A DNA stretch of 54,486 bases. Origin: a virus (taxonomy: Duplodnaviria > Caudoviricetes). Both the position numbers and the translations under genes were made by a program. Shown piece after piece: positions 45,397 through 54,486 of the stretch (position 1 is the first letter of the stretch; every line of letters starts with the position of its first letter). The stretch spans positions 1-54,486 of IMG/VR virus record IMGVR_UViG_3300031957_002087. One strand, 5' to 3'. The notes under the pieces were generated by a model that had not been told where the DNA came from, made no database searches, and saw only the letters and a program-made list of their open reading frames with translations.

Positions 45397-45630
45397 TCAA
45401 AGTCCTCTCTGGTTTAACGGGGAGGGGAGAATGCCCTGCTCCGTCATCCTGCGGAAAATGACCTCCAGAGCCAACAGGATATCGGCGGGCTGGTCGAACT
45501 GATCGCTCACGACCTGGCGGTCTATGCCGTCCAGTTTAAGGCGAGCCATATCGTGGTCGCTAAGCACTATGGTGACGGTCAGGTTCTCGCCGTAATCGGA
45601 TCTACAGAGTCTGATAGAGGTCTCGCTCAT
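45397..45630 (-). CDS. Hypothetical protein
   Basis: AGGAG RBS. Confidence 0.6.
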   Translation of the reverse strand: MSETSIRLCRSDYGENLTVTIVLSDHDMARLKLDGIDRQVVSDQFDQPADILLALEVIFRRMTEQGILPSPLNQRGL

Positions 45631-45661
45631 TCACCGTCTCCTAGAACATGCCGGGAAGGGA

Positions 45662-45856
45662 TTACGAATCCGCCAGCAAGATATACCCGCATTGAAGGGT
45701 GTGCTTTCCGGTCGGCGGCGTGAACTCCATACGGTAGAGTTCTTCCGCTAGGTCCATCTGCCCGATGGAGTGGGCGCGTCGTCTTGCCTCTGGCACATCG
45801 TTGGCGATTATCCAGCCGGCAGGTTCGCCTCCCGATAGTTTCAAGATGCAGATCAT
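45662..45856 (-). CDS. Hypothetical protein
   Basis: AAAGGAG RBS before MICILKLSGG. Confidence 0.55.
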   Translation of the reverse strand: MICILKLSGGEPAGWIIANDVPEARRRAHSIGQMDLAEELYRMEFTPPTGKHTLQCGYILLADS

Positions 45857-45890
45857 TGTGGTTCTCCTTTGGAACGCTCGGTGAACAGAC

Positions 45891-46126
<236 letters not shown>

Positions 46127-46889
46127 GTCAGGCGATTTGTGATGGTCCGGTCCCGCATGGCGTGGCCATAGGTGTCCACCACCAACTGCGCACTCTCCCA
46201 ACCTCCCAACCATGCGACCGTTACAGGGTCGATCCCTGCCCGCAGCAGCCCGGTCGCAAAGCCGTGGCGCAGGCAGTGCGGTGTCAGCTTGCGGATGCCC
46301 GCGCGCTTGATCGATGCGCTCCAGGCTGACTTGACGCCGTGGCGGCTGCTGTAGCCGAACACCGGCCCGCTGCGGTCGGTCGCTAGGTTCGCCAGCGCGA
46401 CAATGAGGGACGGCGGCAGGTTCGACACATGGTCGTTGCCGTTCTTGCCCTTGCGCAGCAGTGCCTCGGCGCGGTTGAAATCGACATCATCCCAAAGCAA
46501 GCTTGTGATCTGGGAAATGCGGGCGCCCGTCAGATAGCCGAACATGACCAGTGCCGCGAGGTTGGCGGGTGCGTGTTCCATGAAGCTCTGCACCCACGGC
46601 CAGTCTGCCTCGTCGCGCGCCTTCTTGGGGACGGAGAAGCGGTCAACCTTCGTCAGCGGCGGGCATAGGTCGAGGCTGGCGGCGTGGTTGATGACTGCCA
46701 CGGTCGGCGTGATGAACTGCCGATTCCGAGTGGCCGGTCCTGCCTTCGGATAGCACCTGATCGCAGCCATGCGGATTGCGCCTGCCGTGATGTCCCGCAC
46801 GATAGTGTTCCTCCAATGCTTCAGAGGGATTTCCAGGAAGCGGCTTGACTTGTCTGCATCCATGTAGAGCAGGGCCGCGTCTCCGAAGC

Positions 46890-47267
46890 TCAGGACGGCT
46901 TCCGGGCCATCAAGGTGACGTTTGAACTCGCGGGCCTCCGCGCGGTTTGCGATGCGCTCTGCGGTTTGTTTGTCAGCCGTGCGAGTGCTTTCGTGAAGCC
47001 GTCTGCCGGCAACCGTACCGCGATACCACCAGACCTCTCCGCGCTGATAGAGTTTGAGCGGCATGGTTCGGGTTCCTCCAGCAGGATTTCCAGATGCTCT
47101 GGCAGTAACAGCATAGCTTTGCCGAAAACGCGACACGCGCCAAGTTCTCGCGCTCTCCTGCGCAGCGCACGTTCGGAGATACGCACACCCTTATCCGCAA
47201 GCTTTTCCACAGCCTGGGCCGGTGACATGGCTCGGTCAATCACGGTTGGATCTGCGAGCGCCCGCAT
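46890..47267 (-). CDS. Excisionase-like HTH protein overlapping int
   Basis: AAGGAG RBS; SPAQAVEKL..KGVRISERALRRRARELG. Confidence 0.65.
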   Translation of the reverse strand: MRALADPTVIDRAMSPAQAVEKLADKGVRISERALRRRARELGACRVFGKAMLLLPEHLEILLEEPEPCRSNSISAERSGGIAVRLPADGFTKALARLTNKPQSASQTARRPASSNVTLMARKPS

Positions 47268-47268
47268 C

Positions 47269-47829
47269 TTACGGCTCCTTTGCGCGGAGGGCGGCGGCGC
47301 TCTCGGGGAACCAGTTCTGCTCAAGGAACCAGTGCGGGCCAAGACGGTCCATGAATTGCTGCACGTCCTCTCGTAGCGTCCTGACTTCTGCCTCGGCGGC
47401 TTCGGCGCGGTTCGACGCCATCCGGTAGTTGTGTTCCGACAACTCGGTCAAGGCTTTGTAGAGCAGGTCCAGCTCGGCTATTCGCTCGGCCTGTGCGGTG
47501 AACGCTTCGAGGATCGGGCGAAGGTTCTCGGGCGAGCAGCGGGCAATATGAGCGGCGTCTGGGTGGAGCGTCAGATCAGGTTCTCGTGGCCCGATGCCCG
47601 TGTAACGGTAATAGCCGTCGCCGATTGGCTCTTTGTGAATGTGGTCGTAGTTCTGATGGCGGGTAAAGGCGATATGGACCACATGCGTTCCGATTGAAAC
47701 AGAATGGGCGTAACCGCTTTTCTCAAGACCAACTGATGATCTGGAAACGCTCGTTTGCCATGGCCCCGGCGTCACGCCTTCCATGCCGTCGAGCAGTTCC
47801 TTCGCCTTCGCGTCGAGCGGGCTAACCAT
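47269..47829 (-). CDS. Ead/Ea22-like hypothetical protein
   Basis: VTPGPW...DAAHIARCSP followed by coiled coil. Confidence 0.65.
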   Translation of the reverse strand: MVSPLDAKAKELLDGMEGVTPGPWQTSVSRSSVGLEKSGYAHSVSIGTHVVHIAFTRHQNYDHIHKEPIGDGYYRYTGIGPREPDLTLHPDAAHIARCSPENLRPILEAFTAQAERIAELDLLYKALTELSEHNYRMASNRAEAAEAEVRTLREDVQQFMDRLGPHWFLEQNWFPESAAALRAKEP

Positions 47830-48193
47830 TTGCAGGCTCCGAGGCGAGGGCGGCGTGTTCTTTCAGCCGTGTTGAAATAGCGGCAAGTCCGACAGCGATT
47901 GCCGATACAGTCGCCATTGCTGTGCTGTCCTGCTGATTATGTGCTTCGCCTATTCCAGCATTCCAGAAGCAGTCGAGAGCATCGGCTATCTCATCGGCAT
48001 TCAGCGCCCGTACCGCCACCGGCTCGCTCTTGGCTGAGAGGTAGGCGGCGGCAACGGTGCGGATGTCGTCGGCCTTAACGGGGACGCCATCTGGCGCACG
48101 CCCCCTGTAGCGTTCGTATGCCATGAAACCGTCCGCTTCACACAGCAAGCGTGTGGCCGCATCGCGCGCCTTCTCGTCCAGTTCATGCGTCAT
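47822..48193 (-). CDS. Hypothetical protein
   Basis: GGAG RBS before MTHELDEK. Confidence 0.6.
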   Translation of the reverse strand: MTHELDEKARDAATRLLCEADGFMAYERYRGRAPDGVPVKADDIRTVAAAYLSAKSEPVAVRALNADEIADALDCFWNAGIGEAHNQQDSTAMATVSAIAVGLAAISTRLKEHAALASEPANG

Positions 48194-48590
48194 GTTCTTC
48201 TCCATAATTGGCGAACATTCGCCGGGGTGGCAGGGGAGGCTTGCCGGGAAGCTTCGGGGCCTTCGGGCGGCTGGCGATGCTGCCCTTCGGCTTGACGACG
48301 CCCAGATGCTTCTTGCGGACCTTCGCGACCTTCTTCTTGCTCGCGATGTCCTCGCCTGTCTTTTCGACGTGGCAGTGACCGTGGATCGGCGCGAGGTTCG
48401 TCTCGCGGTTCTCCCCGCCGTTGATGATGGCAATGACGTGATCGGCCTGCCAGGATTCCACCGGGGCCTTGATCTGCGTCTTGCACCAGTGGCAGACACC
48501 CTTGTCGCGGTCGAACACGCGGAGCCGGACGCGGGGCGGGGCCTGCGTGTCGTCATTGCGGCCGCGCCATTCCTTCGTGGAGCGGGCCAT
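48183..48590 (-). CDS. Small HNH endonuclease
   Basis: RVRLRVF.R..GVCHWC...DHVIA..NGGENRETNL...CH..KT. Confidence 0.85.
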   Translation of the reverse strand: MARSTKEWRGRNDDTQAPPRVRLRVFDRDKGVCHWCKTQIKAPVESWQADHVIAIINGGENRETNLAPIHGHCHVEKTGEDIASKKKVAKVRKKHLGVVKPKGSIASRPKAPKLPGKPPLPPRRMFANYGEEHDA

Positions 48591-49240
48591 TAGACAAGCC
48601 CGCCGTGCAGCATGAACTCGGGCGACAGTGCAGGCTCGGCGTCGATGTTGCGCCGATCGACGGTGAAGGACACGGCGACCACCCACGGGTTGCTGTCCCA
48701 TGGCGCGCGCGGCTTTGGCGGCTTGGCGTTGAGGCTGTCCCAAAGCGTGATGTATGCGCCGATCTGGCCGGGGCCATTATCGCTAGAGACACCCTCGGCA
48801 ACGGCATCGTCGTGGCCGATCTCCTGCAACCTCTGGACGCGAACCTCGCTCACGGTCAGCGTCAGCCGGGATGCCCAGCGCGGCATGTGCATGCCGGCGC
48901 GGAGTCTACCGGGGCTCGCGGTCATTGGATCATGGTCCGACCATTCTCCATCGGCCTCATAGCGCCACTGCACTTCATCGAAGGACAGGTCGCGCGGCGG
49001 CGTGTCATCGTAGTTGCACTCAGTTCTCCATGCCTCGCGCACCCATAGACGGTCGCCGGCGGCGAAGCCGATGCGCTTCCACCCTCTCTCCGTCGAGTAT
49101 GATCCGCGTCCGTTGTTCATCGGACGGCCGCCGTTCAGCATGTTCGGCTGTGGCTTCATCAGCCGGCGCGTCTGCGTCTTCCGGCCGGCGAGCAGCGCGC
49201 GCACCATCGGGCCGCTGAAAAGAATTGGACGGTCTGCCAT
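48590..49240 (-). CDS. Conserved phage protein (ASCH/PUA-like)
   Basis: RPILFSGPMVRALLAGRKTQTRR, GDRLWVRE, HMPRWASRLTL, NPWV. Confidence 0.8.
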   Translation of the reverse strand: MADRPILFSGPMVRALLAGRKTQTRRLMKPQPNMLNGGRPMNNGRGSYSTERGWKRIGFAAGDRLWVREAWRTECNYDDTPPRDLSFDEVQWRYEADGEWSDHDPMTASPGRLRAGMHMPRWASRLTLTVSEVRVQRLQEIGHDDAVAEGVSSDNGPGQIGAYITLWDSLNAKPPKPRAPWDSNPWVVAVSFTVDRRNIDAEPALSPEFMLHGGLV

Positions 49241-49446
49241 CACCCTCTCCCTGCCCGCAGCGCGGCGCACACAGCCGCTTTCTTGGCTCGGGCTATCTTC
49301 GCGGCCCCGCGGCGATGATCGCGCCTGTACGTGGCCTCCAGGCGGTCAAGCTGGCGCAGTTCCGGTATCGCCCGGCACATGGCAGCGTGAGCCATGCGGT
49401 TCGCCCACCAGAGCGAGACGCGGCGGATAAGACGGGCGGGGATCAT
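49240..49446 (-). CDS. Hypothetical protein
   Basis: TGATG coupling at both ends. Confidence 0.55.
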   Translation of the reverse strand: MIPARLIRRVSLWWANRMAHAAMCRAIPELRQLDRLEATYRRDHRRGAAKIARAKKAAVCAALRAGRG

Positions 49447-49640
49447 CAAACCAGTCCCTTCTCGGTCGCAAGCCATTCAGGCATCGTCACCACGGCAATG
49501 CCATTCGGCCGCTTCTCGACCTCGCACTGCGCGAGCGGTATCCAGACTGCCTTGCCGCGGTCGCCATCGTCGGAAACCAGCACGGCCCGGTCGGTCGCGT
49601 GGTGGAGTTGCACGGTCAGGTCAACGAGGTCCGATCTCAT
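49446..49640 (-). CDS. Conserved small phage protein
   Basis: TDRAVLVSD...VWIPL.Q...MPEWLA.EKGL. Confidence 0.75.
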   Translation of the reverse strand: MRSDLVDLTVQLHHATDRAVLVSDDGDRGKAVWIPLAQCEVEKRPNGIAVVTMPEWLATEKGLV

Positions 49641-49642
49641 GG

Positions 49643-50047
49643 TCAGTCCCCGCTATCGACGGTCATGTCGAGACCGCACTTGCCGCAATGACCGGGGTGC
49701 CAGCCGCGCGATGGATTAGCATCGCTACCGCCGACCTTCTCGTGCTTGCATATCGCGAAGCGCATGACGCGCGGCACCGGCTTCGGCCATGAGTTGCCGT
49801 AGCGGACTGCGTAGCCCTCGCCGGTCAGCCCGCCGCCTTGTCCGCTGGACAAGAAGAACTGCGTCCACTGCCTATGAGTGTCGATGCTGGAGTAACCCCA
49901 TTTCGGTAGCCAACTATGCCCGCCCGATGCGAGATTGTTCAGGAAGCCGAGCGGGTCGACATCCTCGATATTCGGGAGCGGAACCTTCCCCTCGATGATT
50001 GGCTTCAGGTCTTCCTCGAACGAATAGCCCTTGCGCTTGTCGGTCAT
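49643..50047 (-). CDS. Hypothetical protein with C-terminal Zn motif
   Basis: CKH...RGWHPGHCGKCG; coupled to upstream stop. Confidence 0.65.
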   Translation of the reverse strand: MTDKRKGYSFEEDLKPIIEGKVPLPNIEDVDPLGFLNNLASGGHSWLPKWGYSSIDTHRQWTQFFLSSGQGGGLTGEGYAVRYGNSWPKPVPRVMRFAICKHEKVGGSDANPSRGWHPGHCGKCGLDMTVDSGD

Positions 50048-50808
50048 CACAGCGTCTCCAGATATTGCTTCGCCTTGTCCTTCGTCAGCTCGCCCTTCAC
50101 CACCTTGTCCGCGGTCTGCAGGCACGACTTCACGAAGGGCAGATCGTTCGACATGGCTTCCTTCCACCAGCCGACCATTTCGGCCAGCAGGTCCCGGCGC
50201 TCGCCGATCGTCAGCGCGTCGTCGGTCGCGGTCGTCAGGAAAGCCTTGATGCAGTCGGCCTTGGACGGGCCAGCAGCCGGGGATGACGCTATCGACGGTT
50301 CTTCCGCGACTTCCACTGCGCCATCCCCGGTTCCGCCGCTCGCCTCGTCGGGCGATTGGTCAGCGCCGGGTTCGGGGGACACTTCCCCGGCGCCTGCCGC
50401 ATCGTCGCCGGGGGACTGGCTGGATGCGGGTTCCTTGAACACGACGCCATTGCGCGCGCCGTACTCGTAAATGAGTTCGATCAGGTCGGACATTTCCGCC
50501 TTCGACAGATCGGAGGATGACCGGCCGAGGCTGACCATGCCGTTGCCATCGAGGTTCGGCACAAGCCGGTTTTCCCGCTTGAGCGCATCGAGGAAGATCA
50601 GTTTCCAGTCTTCCGATGACAGGCGCAGTTCGTGATGCCGGACCTGCATCGACACTTCGGTCAACATGGCCCACATCTTTGCGTTCTGGTCGTCGCTGCG
50701 CTTCGGCGCCTTGAACTCGACGCGGGTTCCCGGCTTCAACTTCCGGCACCACTCGACGGCTTGCTGCCGCGTGGCCTCAGTATCCAGGATCAGGAGGGCT
50801 CTCGACAT
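50047..50808 (-). CDS. ninB: NinB/Orf-family recombination protein with acidic C-terminal extension
   Basis: KRSDDQNAKMWAML.EVS.Q...EDWK..F...VP.LDG...LG.SSS.L...EMSDLIELI..YGA..GV.F. Confidence 0.85.
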   Translation of the reverse strand: MSRALLILDTEATRQQAVEWCRKLKPGTRVEFKAPKRSDDQNAKMWAMLTEVSMQVRHHELRLSSEDWKLIFLDALKRENRLVPNLDGNGMVSLGRSSSDLSKAEMSDLIELIYEYGARNGVVFKEPASSQSPGDDAAGAGEVSPEPGADQSPDEASGGTGDGAVEVAEEPSIASSPAAGPSKADCIKAFLTTATDDALTIGERRDLLAEMVGWWKEAMSNDLPFVKSCLQTADKVVKGELTKDKAKQYLETL

Positions 50809-50811
50809 GGC

Positions 50812-51468
50812 TCACCCCGCCATCTGCAGCTTGACGGCATCATCGATCGGCTCGGGATCGTACTTCGCGCGAAGCCGGGCGACCGTTGTCCGCAGCTCGG
50901 AAAGGAACTCGATCACGTCCGCCTCGAGCAACTTGATCAGGTCGTTGTCGCGAGGAACGCGCTTGATGAACAGGCTCATGGTCGCCGGCATCCTCGGGTC
51001 GAACGAAACGAAGTCGCACCACTGCCGCCCGGTGCAGGCAAGCTGCCACTGGATCTGGGTGACGTACTTGCCCGCCACAGAGCCGCCCAGAAGCGTTTCG
51101 ATGTGAGTTGCCGTGTTGGGGCACTTGATCTCGACAAGGCCGTCAGCGCCCACGTATCCGTCCGGGCTGGCCCCTGTCTCGCCGATGGTCGGGTGAAGAA
51201 CAAAACTGGCTTCATCGACCGTGGCATTGGTCATGAACTCGTAGTTGCGGCGGGCTTCCGGCTCCATGTCCGTGCCCCACTGCATCGCGGCGTTGGAATA
51301 GGACTCGGCCACCGCGCCCGTCAGCCGCTCGGCGACAAGCTGCGCCATGTAGTTTGCGCGCGATGCGGCCGGCCCGCTCTTGGTCTTGGCGATCAAGTCC
51401 GCGATGCGCGATGCCGTAACCTTGCCGCACCGCTCGGCGAACCATTCCTGGCTTCCTTGCTCGATCAC
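50812..51468 (-). CDS. Lambda-exonuclease/YqaJ family nuclease
   Basis: EQGSQEW..R.GKVTAS, MQWG...EPEAR, GASPDG, EIKCP, QIQWQL..T.R.WCDFVSFDP. Confidence 0.92.
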   Translation of the reverse strand: MIEQGSQEWFAERCGKVTASRIADLIAKTKSGPAASRANYMAQLVAERLTGAVAESYSNAAMQWGTDMEPEARRNYEFMTNATVDEASFVLHPTIGETGASPDGYVGADGLVEIKCPNTATHIETLLGGSVAGKYVTQIQWQLACTGRQWCDFVSFDPRMPATMSLFIKRVPRDNDLIKLLEADVIEFLSELRTTVARLRAKYDPEPIDDAVKLQMAG

Positions 51469-52289
51469 GACGCAACCCTCCGCTTCTTGGCTTCGAGCGA
51501 GTCGACCACGCGCTTGAACTGCGACGATGGAAGATCGGCGATGGCGTCGACCTGCATGAGTTCGCAGAACTTCTCGATGTCGGTCCCGGTCTCGGTGATC
51601 AGACCCAAAATGACGGTGATCTGCTCCTTGCTGATCGAGGTGTTGTCCTCGTTGCTCTGGCCGCTGGCCTTGCCGTCGTCATCATCCGCCGCAGACAGGC
51701 CAAGCGAAGCCTTGAGCGTCATCCGCTGGAGATAGGTCAAAGTCGATCCGATCGCCTGAATGCTGTTCTTGTTGCCGCTCTCGTCACGGCCGGCCGTCAG
51801 TGTGTTCTCTTCCGAATAGCCGAGCCGGTGCGACACGACGCACGTCACGCTGATCGGTTCGTTCGCGGCCGACGAAGTGCGGAAGCGATAGGACAGACCG
51901 TGCTTGCTCAGGATCGGGTTGACCGTGCGGGCGACCTCGGCAAGATCCTCGTGCCGATAGTGGGTCCTGCCCTTCGATGACGTGAAGTCCACGACCCGGT
52001 TCTTGATGATGACGGGAATTTCCGCCTTCGCCGCGGCCATCGCTTCGTCAAAAGCCTTGCGGGCCTGGTTGGCTTCCCACCGCTCTTGCAGTGCGAGCAG
52101 CCTTTCCAGCGTCTCAGGGGCCGCGCCAGACGACAGGGCGCGGTCGATCATGTCCATAGGCGTCACGGCGCCGGACGACGCCTGGCGGGCTTCCATGGCC
52201 TTCTCTGCGGACTTAGTGACGGCGGTCGATGCCTGACCGATGGTCTGCATTCCGTCCACGTCGTTGTCGATGGTGAGGGGATCGTTCAT
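51465..52289 (-). CDS. erf: ERF-family single-strand annealing protein
   Basis: P.L..HGLSYRF, H..G.SE, QAIGSTLTYLQR..L...LGL...DDDG. Confidence 0.9.
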   Translation of the reverse strand: MNDPLTIDNDVDGMQTIGQASTAVTKSAEKAMEARQASSGAVTPMDMIDRALSSGAAPETLERLLALQERWEANQARKAFDEAMAAAKAEIPVIIKNRVVDFTSSKGRTHYRHEDLAEVARTVNPILSKHGLSYRFRTSSAANEPISVTCVVSHRLGYSEENTLTAGRDESGNKNSIQAIGSTLTYLQRMTLKASLGLSAADDDDGKASGQSNEDNTSISKEQITVILGLITETGTDIEKFCELMQVDAIADLPSSQFKRVVDSLEAKKRRVAS

Positions 52290-52630
52290 GCTGCACTCCT
52301 GTTTTCGGCCCAGACGCGCCTTCCGAAGCGTCGGAAGTACCTGGCCGCGATGCGGTTCAGCTTCGCCATTTCCAACTCTTTCAGCCGGGCCGGGTTCTGC
52401 TGCTTCCAGGTTGCGAGATTGCGAAACCGGAAGATGATCCGGGTGGATTCCTCAATCGCTTCCTGCGTCGTCAGTGACGGGCGGATGGCGTGCCAGAACA
52501 TCGAGGGTTCGGCCTTGAACTGGTCGATCCTGCGCTTGCGGTTCATGTGCATCAGGCGGGCGGATTCGCGGGCGATGCGGTCAAGTTCCGACTGACAGAA
52601 GTCGAGGAAGCTGGTCGGGCGGGCGTTCAT
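52286..52630 (-). CDS. Hypothetical protein
   Basis: ATGA overlaps at both ends. Confidence 0.6.
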   Translation of the reverse strand: MNARPTSFLDFCQSELDRIARESARLMHMNRKRRIDQFKAEPSMFWHAIRPSLTTQEAIEESTRIIFRFRNLATWKQQNPARLKELEMAKLNRIAARYFRRFGRRVWAENRSAA

Positions 52631-53229
52631 GGCTTCACCACGCGGTAGGCCACGATGTCGCCTCCGTGGGCACACGCGCCCCAATTCCAATCGGGGGTGT
52701 CGTTGAAACATTCTTGACCGGAACGCAGACGCACATCCACACGCTGATCCGGCCTTACCGGACACTCCCCGCCCCTCCACTCGATCCAGCCATCGTCCTT
52801 CGGCGCGATAGGAATGGTCTGCCGAACGGTTCCAGAGCCGCGTATGGCTTGGGAGAACGTGTCCTGTTCCTCAAGCGTCAGGTGGCGTTCGTCCTTCGGC
52901 GCGTCCTTCTCGCCTTCTGCCGAGAGAGCGGCGCGGGCAATGTCGTCAGCTTTATGAACGCGGTCAGCGAGCAACAGATGGTCGCGGGTTCCTGCGCCAA
53001 GAAGGGCGGTCATCACCTCTTTGGTGTTTTCTCGGCTGGCCCGCAGAGCCGCGACCAGTGCTGTGTGTGAGTTGACGGCCTTGAGGAGGAAGGCAGCGTC
53101 ATCGTCATGCTCCACGCGGTCATCGATGCGACAGATGCGTTTCGCGGTGGACAAATCCCCCGGCCCATAAATGCCGCAGGGTTTCCAACCTATCCTCTGC
53201 CAAGGCGTCGGTGTGTGCTTCTCGGTCAT
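52627..53229 (-). CDS. Mosaic hypothetical protein
   Basis: KHTPTPW...DAAF..KAVNSH N-module and WIEW.GGECPV...DIVAYRV C-module. Confidence 0.7.
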   Translation of the reverse strand: MTEKHTPTPWQRIGWKPCGIYGPGDLSTAKRICRIDDRVEHDDDAAFLLKAVNSHTALVAALRASRENTKEVMTALLGAGTRDHLLLADRVHKADDIARAALSAEGEKDAPKDERHLTLEEQDTFSQAIRGSGTVRQTIPIAPKDDGWIEWRGGECPVRPDQRVDVRLRSGQECFNDTPDWNWGACAHGGDIVAYRVVKP

Positions 53230-53234
53230 ATCGT

Positions 53235-53471
53235 TTACTCCGATGCTTGGGAGAGGGCGGCGGCTGCGATCGACACAAACCGCTGACCGCCAGAAACATC
53301 ATCCGAGGCGTTCGCAATCTTCATCAGCGCGTCCAGAAGGGCGGCGATGTCACCGATCAGGCCATCAAGGTTCACTGTGGCGGTGCCGTCCTCGTTGTCG
53401 TGGAGGACGTTGGGGTCGACCAATTGCTGCGCGGCTTTCACTGCGACGGGCGAGGGGCGGGGAGTGGTCAT
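53235..53471 (-). CDS. Hypothetical protein
   Basis: GAGGA RBS. Confidence 0.55.
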   Translation of the reverse strand: MTTPRPSPVAVKAAQQLVDPNVLHDNEDGTATVNLDGLIGDIAALLDALMKIANASDDVSGGQRFVSIAAAALSQASE

Positions 53472-53690
53472 GGTCAGGCGTCCTCGTCCCGAAGGTCACG
53501 CAGATAGTCAGGGTCTGGCTCGCTCATTTCCCAAGGGCAGTTTCCCTCGGTTTCTTCCTCAAGCTCGCACTGGCGCGGCGAGTAGGCCCCGCAAAACGGG
53601 CAGAGTTGACCGCTTCTGGACGCGCGGTCCTCTTCCGGGGTCATTAACTTCCAAGCGTCGTATCCAGGGATGGTCATGGTCAGGCGTCCT
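53465..53690. repeat. 20-bp direct repeat flanking the 53474-53677 gene
   Basis: TGGTCATGGTCAGGCGTCCT at 53465 and 53671. Confidence 0.85.
53474..53677 (-). CDS. Hypothetical protein
   Basis: IPGYDAWKL..P, CPFC, EPDPD..RD motifs. Confidence 0.7.
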   Translation of the reverse strand: MTIPGYDAWKLMTPEEDRASRSGQLCPFCGAYSPRQCELEEETEGNCPWEMSEPDPDYLRDLRDEDA

Positions 53691-53703
53691 GTGCGGGGAG
53701 GGG

Positions 53704-53928
53704 TCAGGCGGGGTCAGTCTTGTTCACATGCTCATCGAGCCATGCCTGAACTTCCTCGCCGCTCCACATCTTGCGGAGCATGGTCGGAAACATCACTCGG
53801 GGCTTTGCGAGCGGCAGCGGTGGCTTAGGGCAAGGTCCGCTGTAGCCGTGATATTTGAACATCGTCTCGCCTTCCGGCATTGGTTCGCCGCAAAGTTCGC
53901 AGGTGGCTTTGTCGGTCATCGGGTCCAA
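53704..53928 (-). CDS. Hypothetical protein
   Basis: AGGAG RBS; CELCGEPMP.GE.MFK.HGYSGPCPKPP, FPTMLRKMWSG.EVQ.W. Confidence 0.7.
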   Translation of the reverse strand: MDPMTDKATCELCGEPMPEGETMFKYHGYSGPCPKPPLPLAKPRVMFPTMLRKMWSGEEVQAWLDEHVNKTDPA

Positions 53929-54445
53929 CTCCTGTTTCGTTAGGGTTCAGGCGGGGAGTGCGGCAAGCACAGCCGCCCGCGCTTCGGCTTCCGTCGGGAA
54001 GGTTCCGAGGAAGACGGACTTGTTGTGGATTGAGATTTGCGCTCGGTAACGACCGCTTTTGGACGGGTAGACGCCACCGTTCCGTCGCGTGATTTTTCTG
54101 CCCATATTGCGACAGTTCTCTCGGCGCGTTGCTTCTCGCAGGTTCTCGGGTCGGTTGTTGCCGTGGTTGCGGTCGATATGGTCAACCTCGGGGATCGGGT
54201 CGCGACCGTTCACCATTTTCCAGATGATGCGATGCGCAGCGAAGAAGACCTGCCCGCCGTTGAGCCAAAGGCGGACGCGGAACCGACCGGAGGAGTAGAT
54301 GTGGTCCGCTCGGCGTCCACGGAATGGGCCGCGTTTCCAGAACAGAAAACCGGTGCTTTCATCCAGCACCAAGAGGCTGTTCAAGGTTTCCAATGATGGC
54401 AATGGCTTGGCCGGCGTCGGCATAGTCCGCTCCTGTTTCGTTAGG
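53929..54445. repeat. 16-bp direct repeat flanking the HNH-AP2 gene
   Basis: CTCCTGTTTCGTTAGG at 53929 and 54430. Confidence 0.85.
53947..54423 (-). CDS. HNH endonuclease with AP2-like domain
   Basis: AHRIIW...VDHIDRN..NNR.ENLR.AT..EN..N; GVY...Y.AQI...LGTF.T..EA. Confidence 0.9.
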   Translation of the reverse strand: MPTPAKPLPSLETLNSLLVLDESTGFLFWKRGPFRGRRADHIYSSGRFRVRLWLNGGQVFFAAHRIIWKMVNGRDPIPEVDHIDRNHGNNRPENLREATRRENCRNMGRKITRRNGGVYPSKSGRYRAQISIHNKSVFLGTFPTEAEARAAVLAALPA

Positions 54446-54486
54446 AGCAGTGATAGGCTTGCGCTGCTCCGGGGTGTTGGGAGCGA

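Overview
High-GC temperate, podovirus-like phage, most likely of an alphaproteobacterial (Rhizobiales-type) host. It appears in its excised/circular permutation: an intact attP (about 45890-46130) has phage genes on both sides, and no host genes are visible. The repressor and replication-initiator region is not in the window. The + strand (1-44.7 kb) carries a RuvC-like resolvase, DnaB, a putative late regulator, a Ro60/Rsr (TROVE) moron with two tandem Y RNAs and an HTH gene, TerS, TerL, portal, scaffold, an N4-gp56-type capsid, adaptor/nozzle/fibre, ejection proteins including a 2541-aa polyvalent protein, and lysis genes. The - strand (44.9-54.5 kb) carries a tyrosine integrase, a xis-like gene, NinB/lambda-exonuclease/ERF recombination genes and small early ORFs. 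Most unusual observations: (1) a Ro60-Y RNA module lacking RtcB/RtcR, whose YrlA is a circularly permuted tRNA-Thr-like RNA that still has an anticodon loop (GCT); (2) TerL split into two genes with a 3.3-kb fibre-like cassette between them, plus a class 3 intein in the ATPase half; (3) a probable small gene nested out of frame inside the giant ejection protein gene; (4) an attP carrying the 5' rather than the 3' half of tRNA-Thr(GGT). All family calls come from motif recognition by eye; no searches were run.
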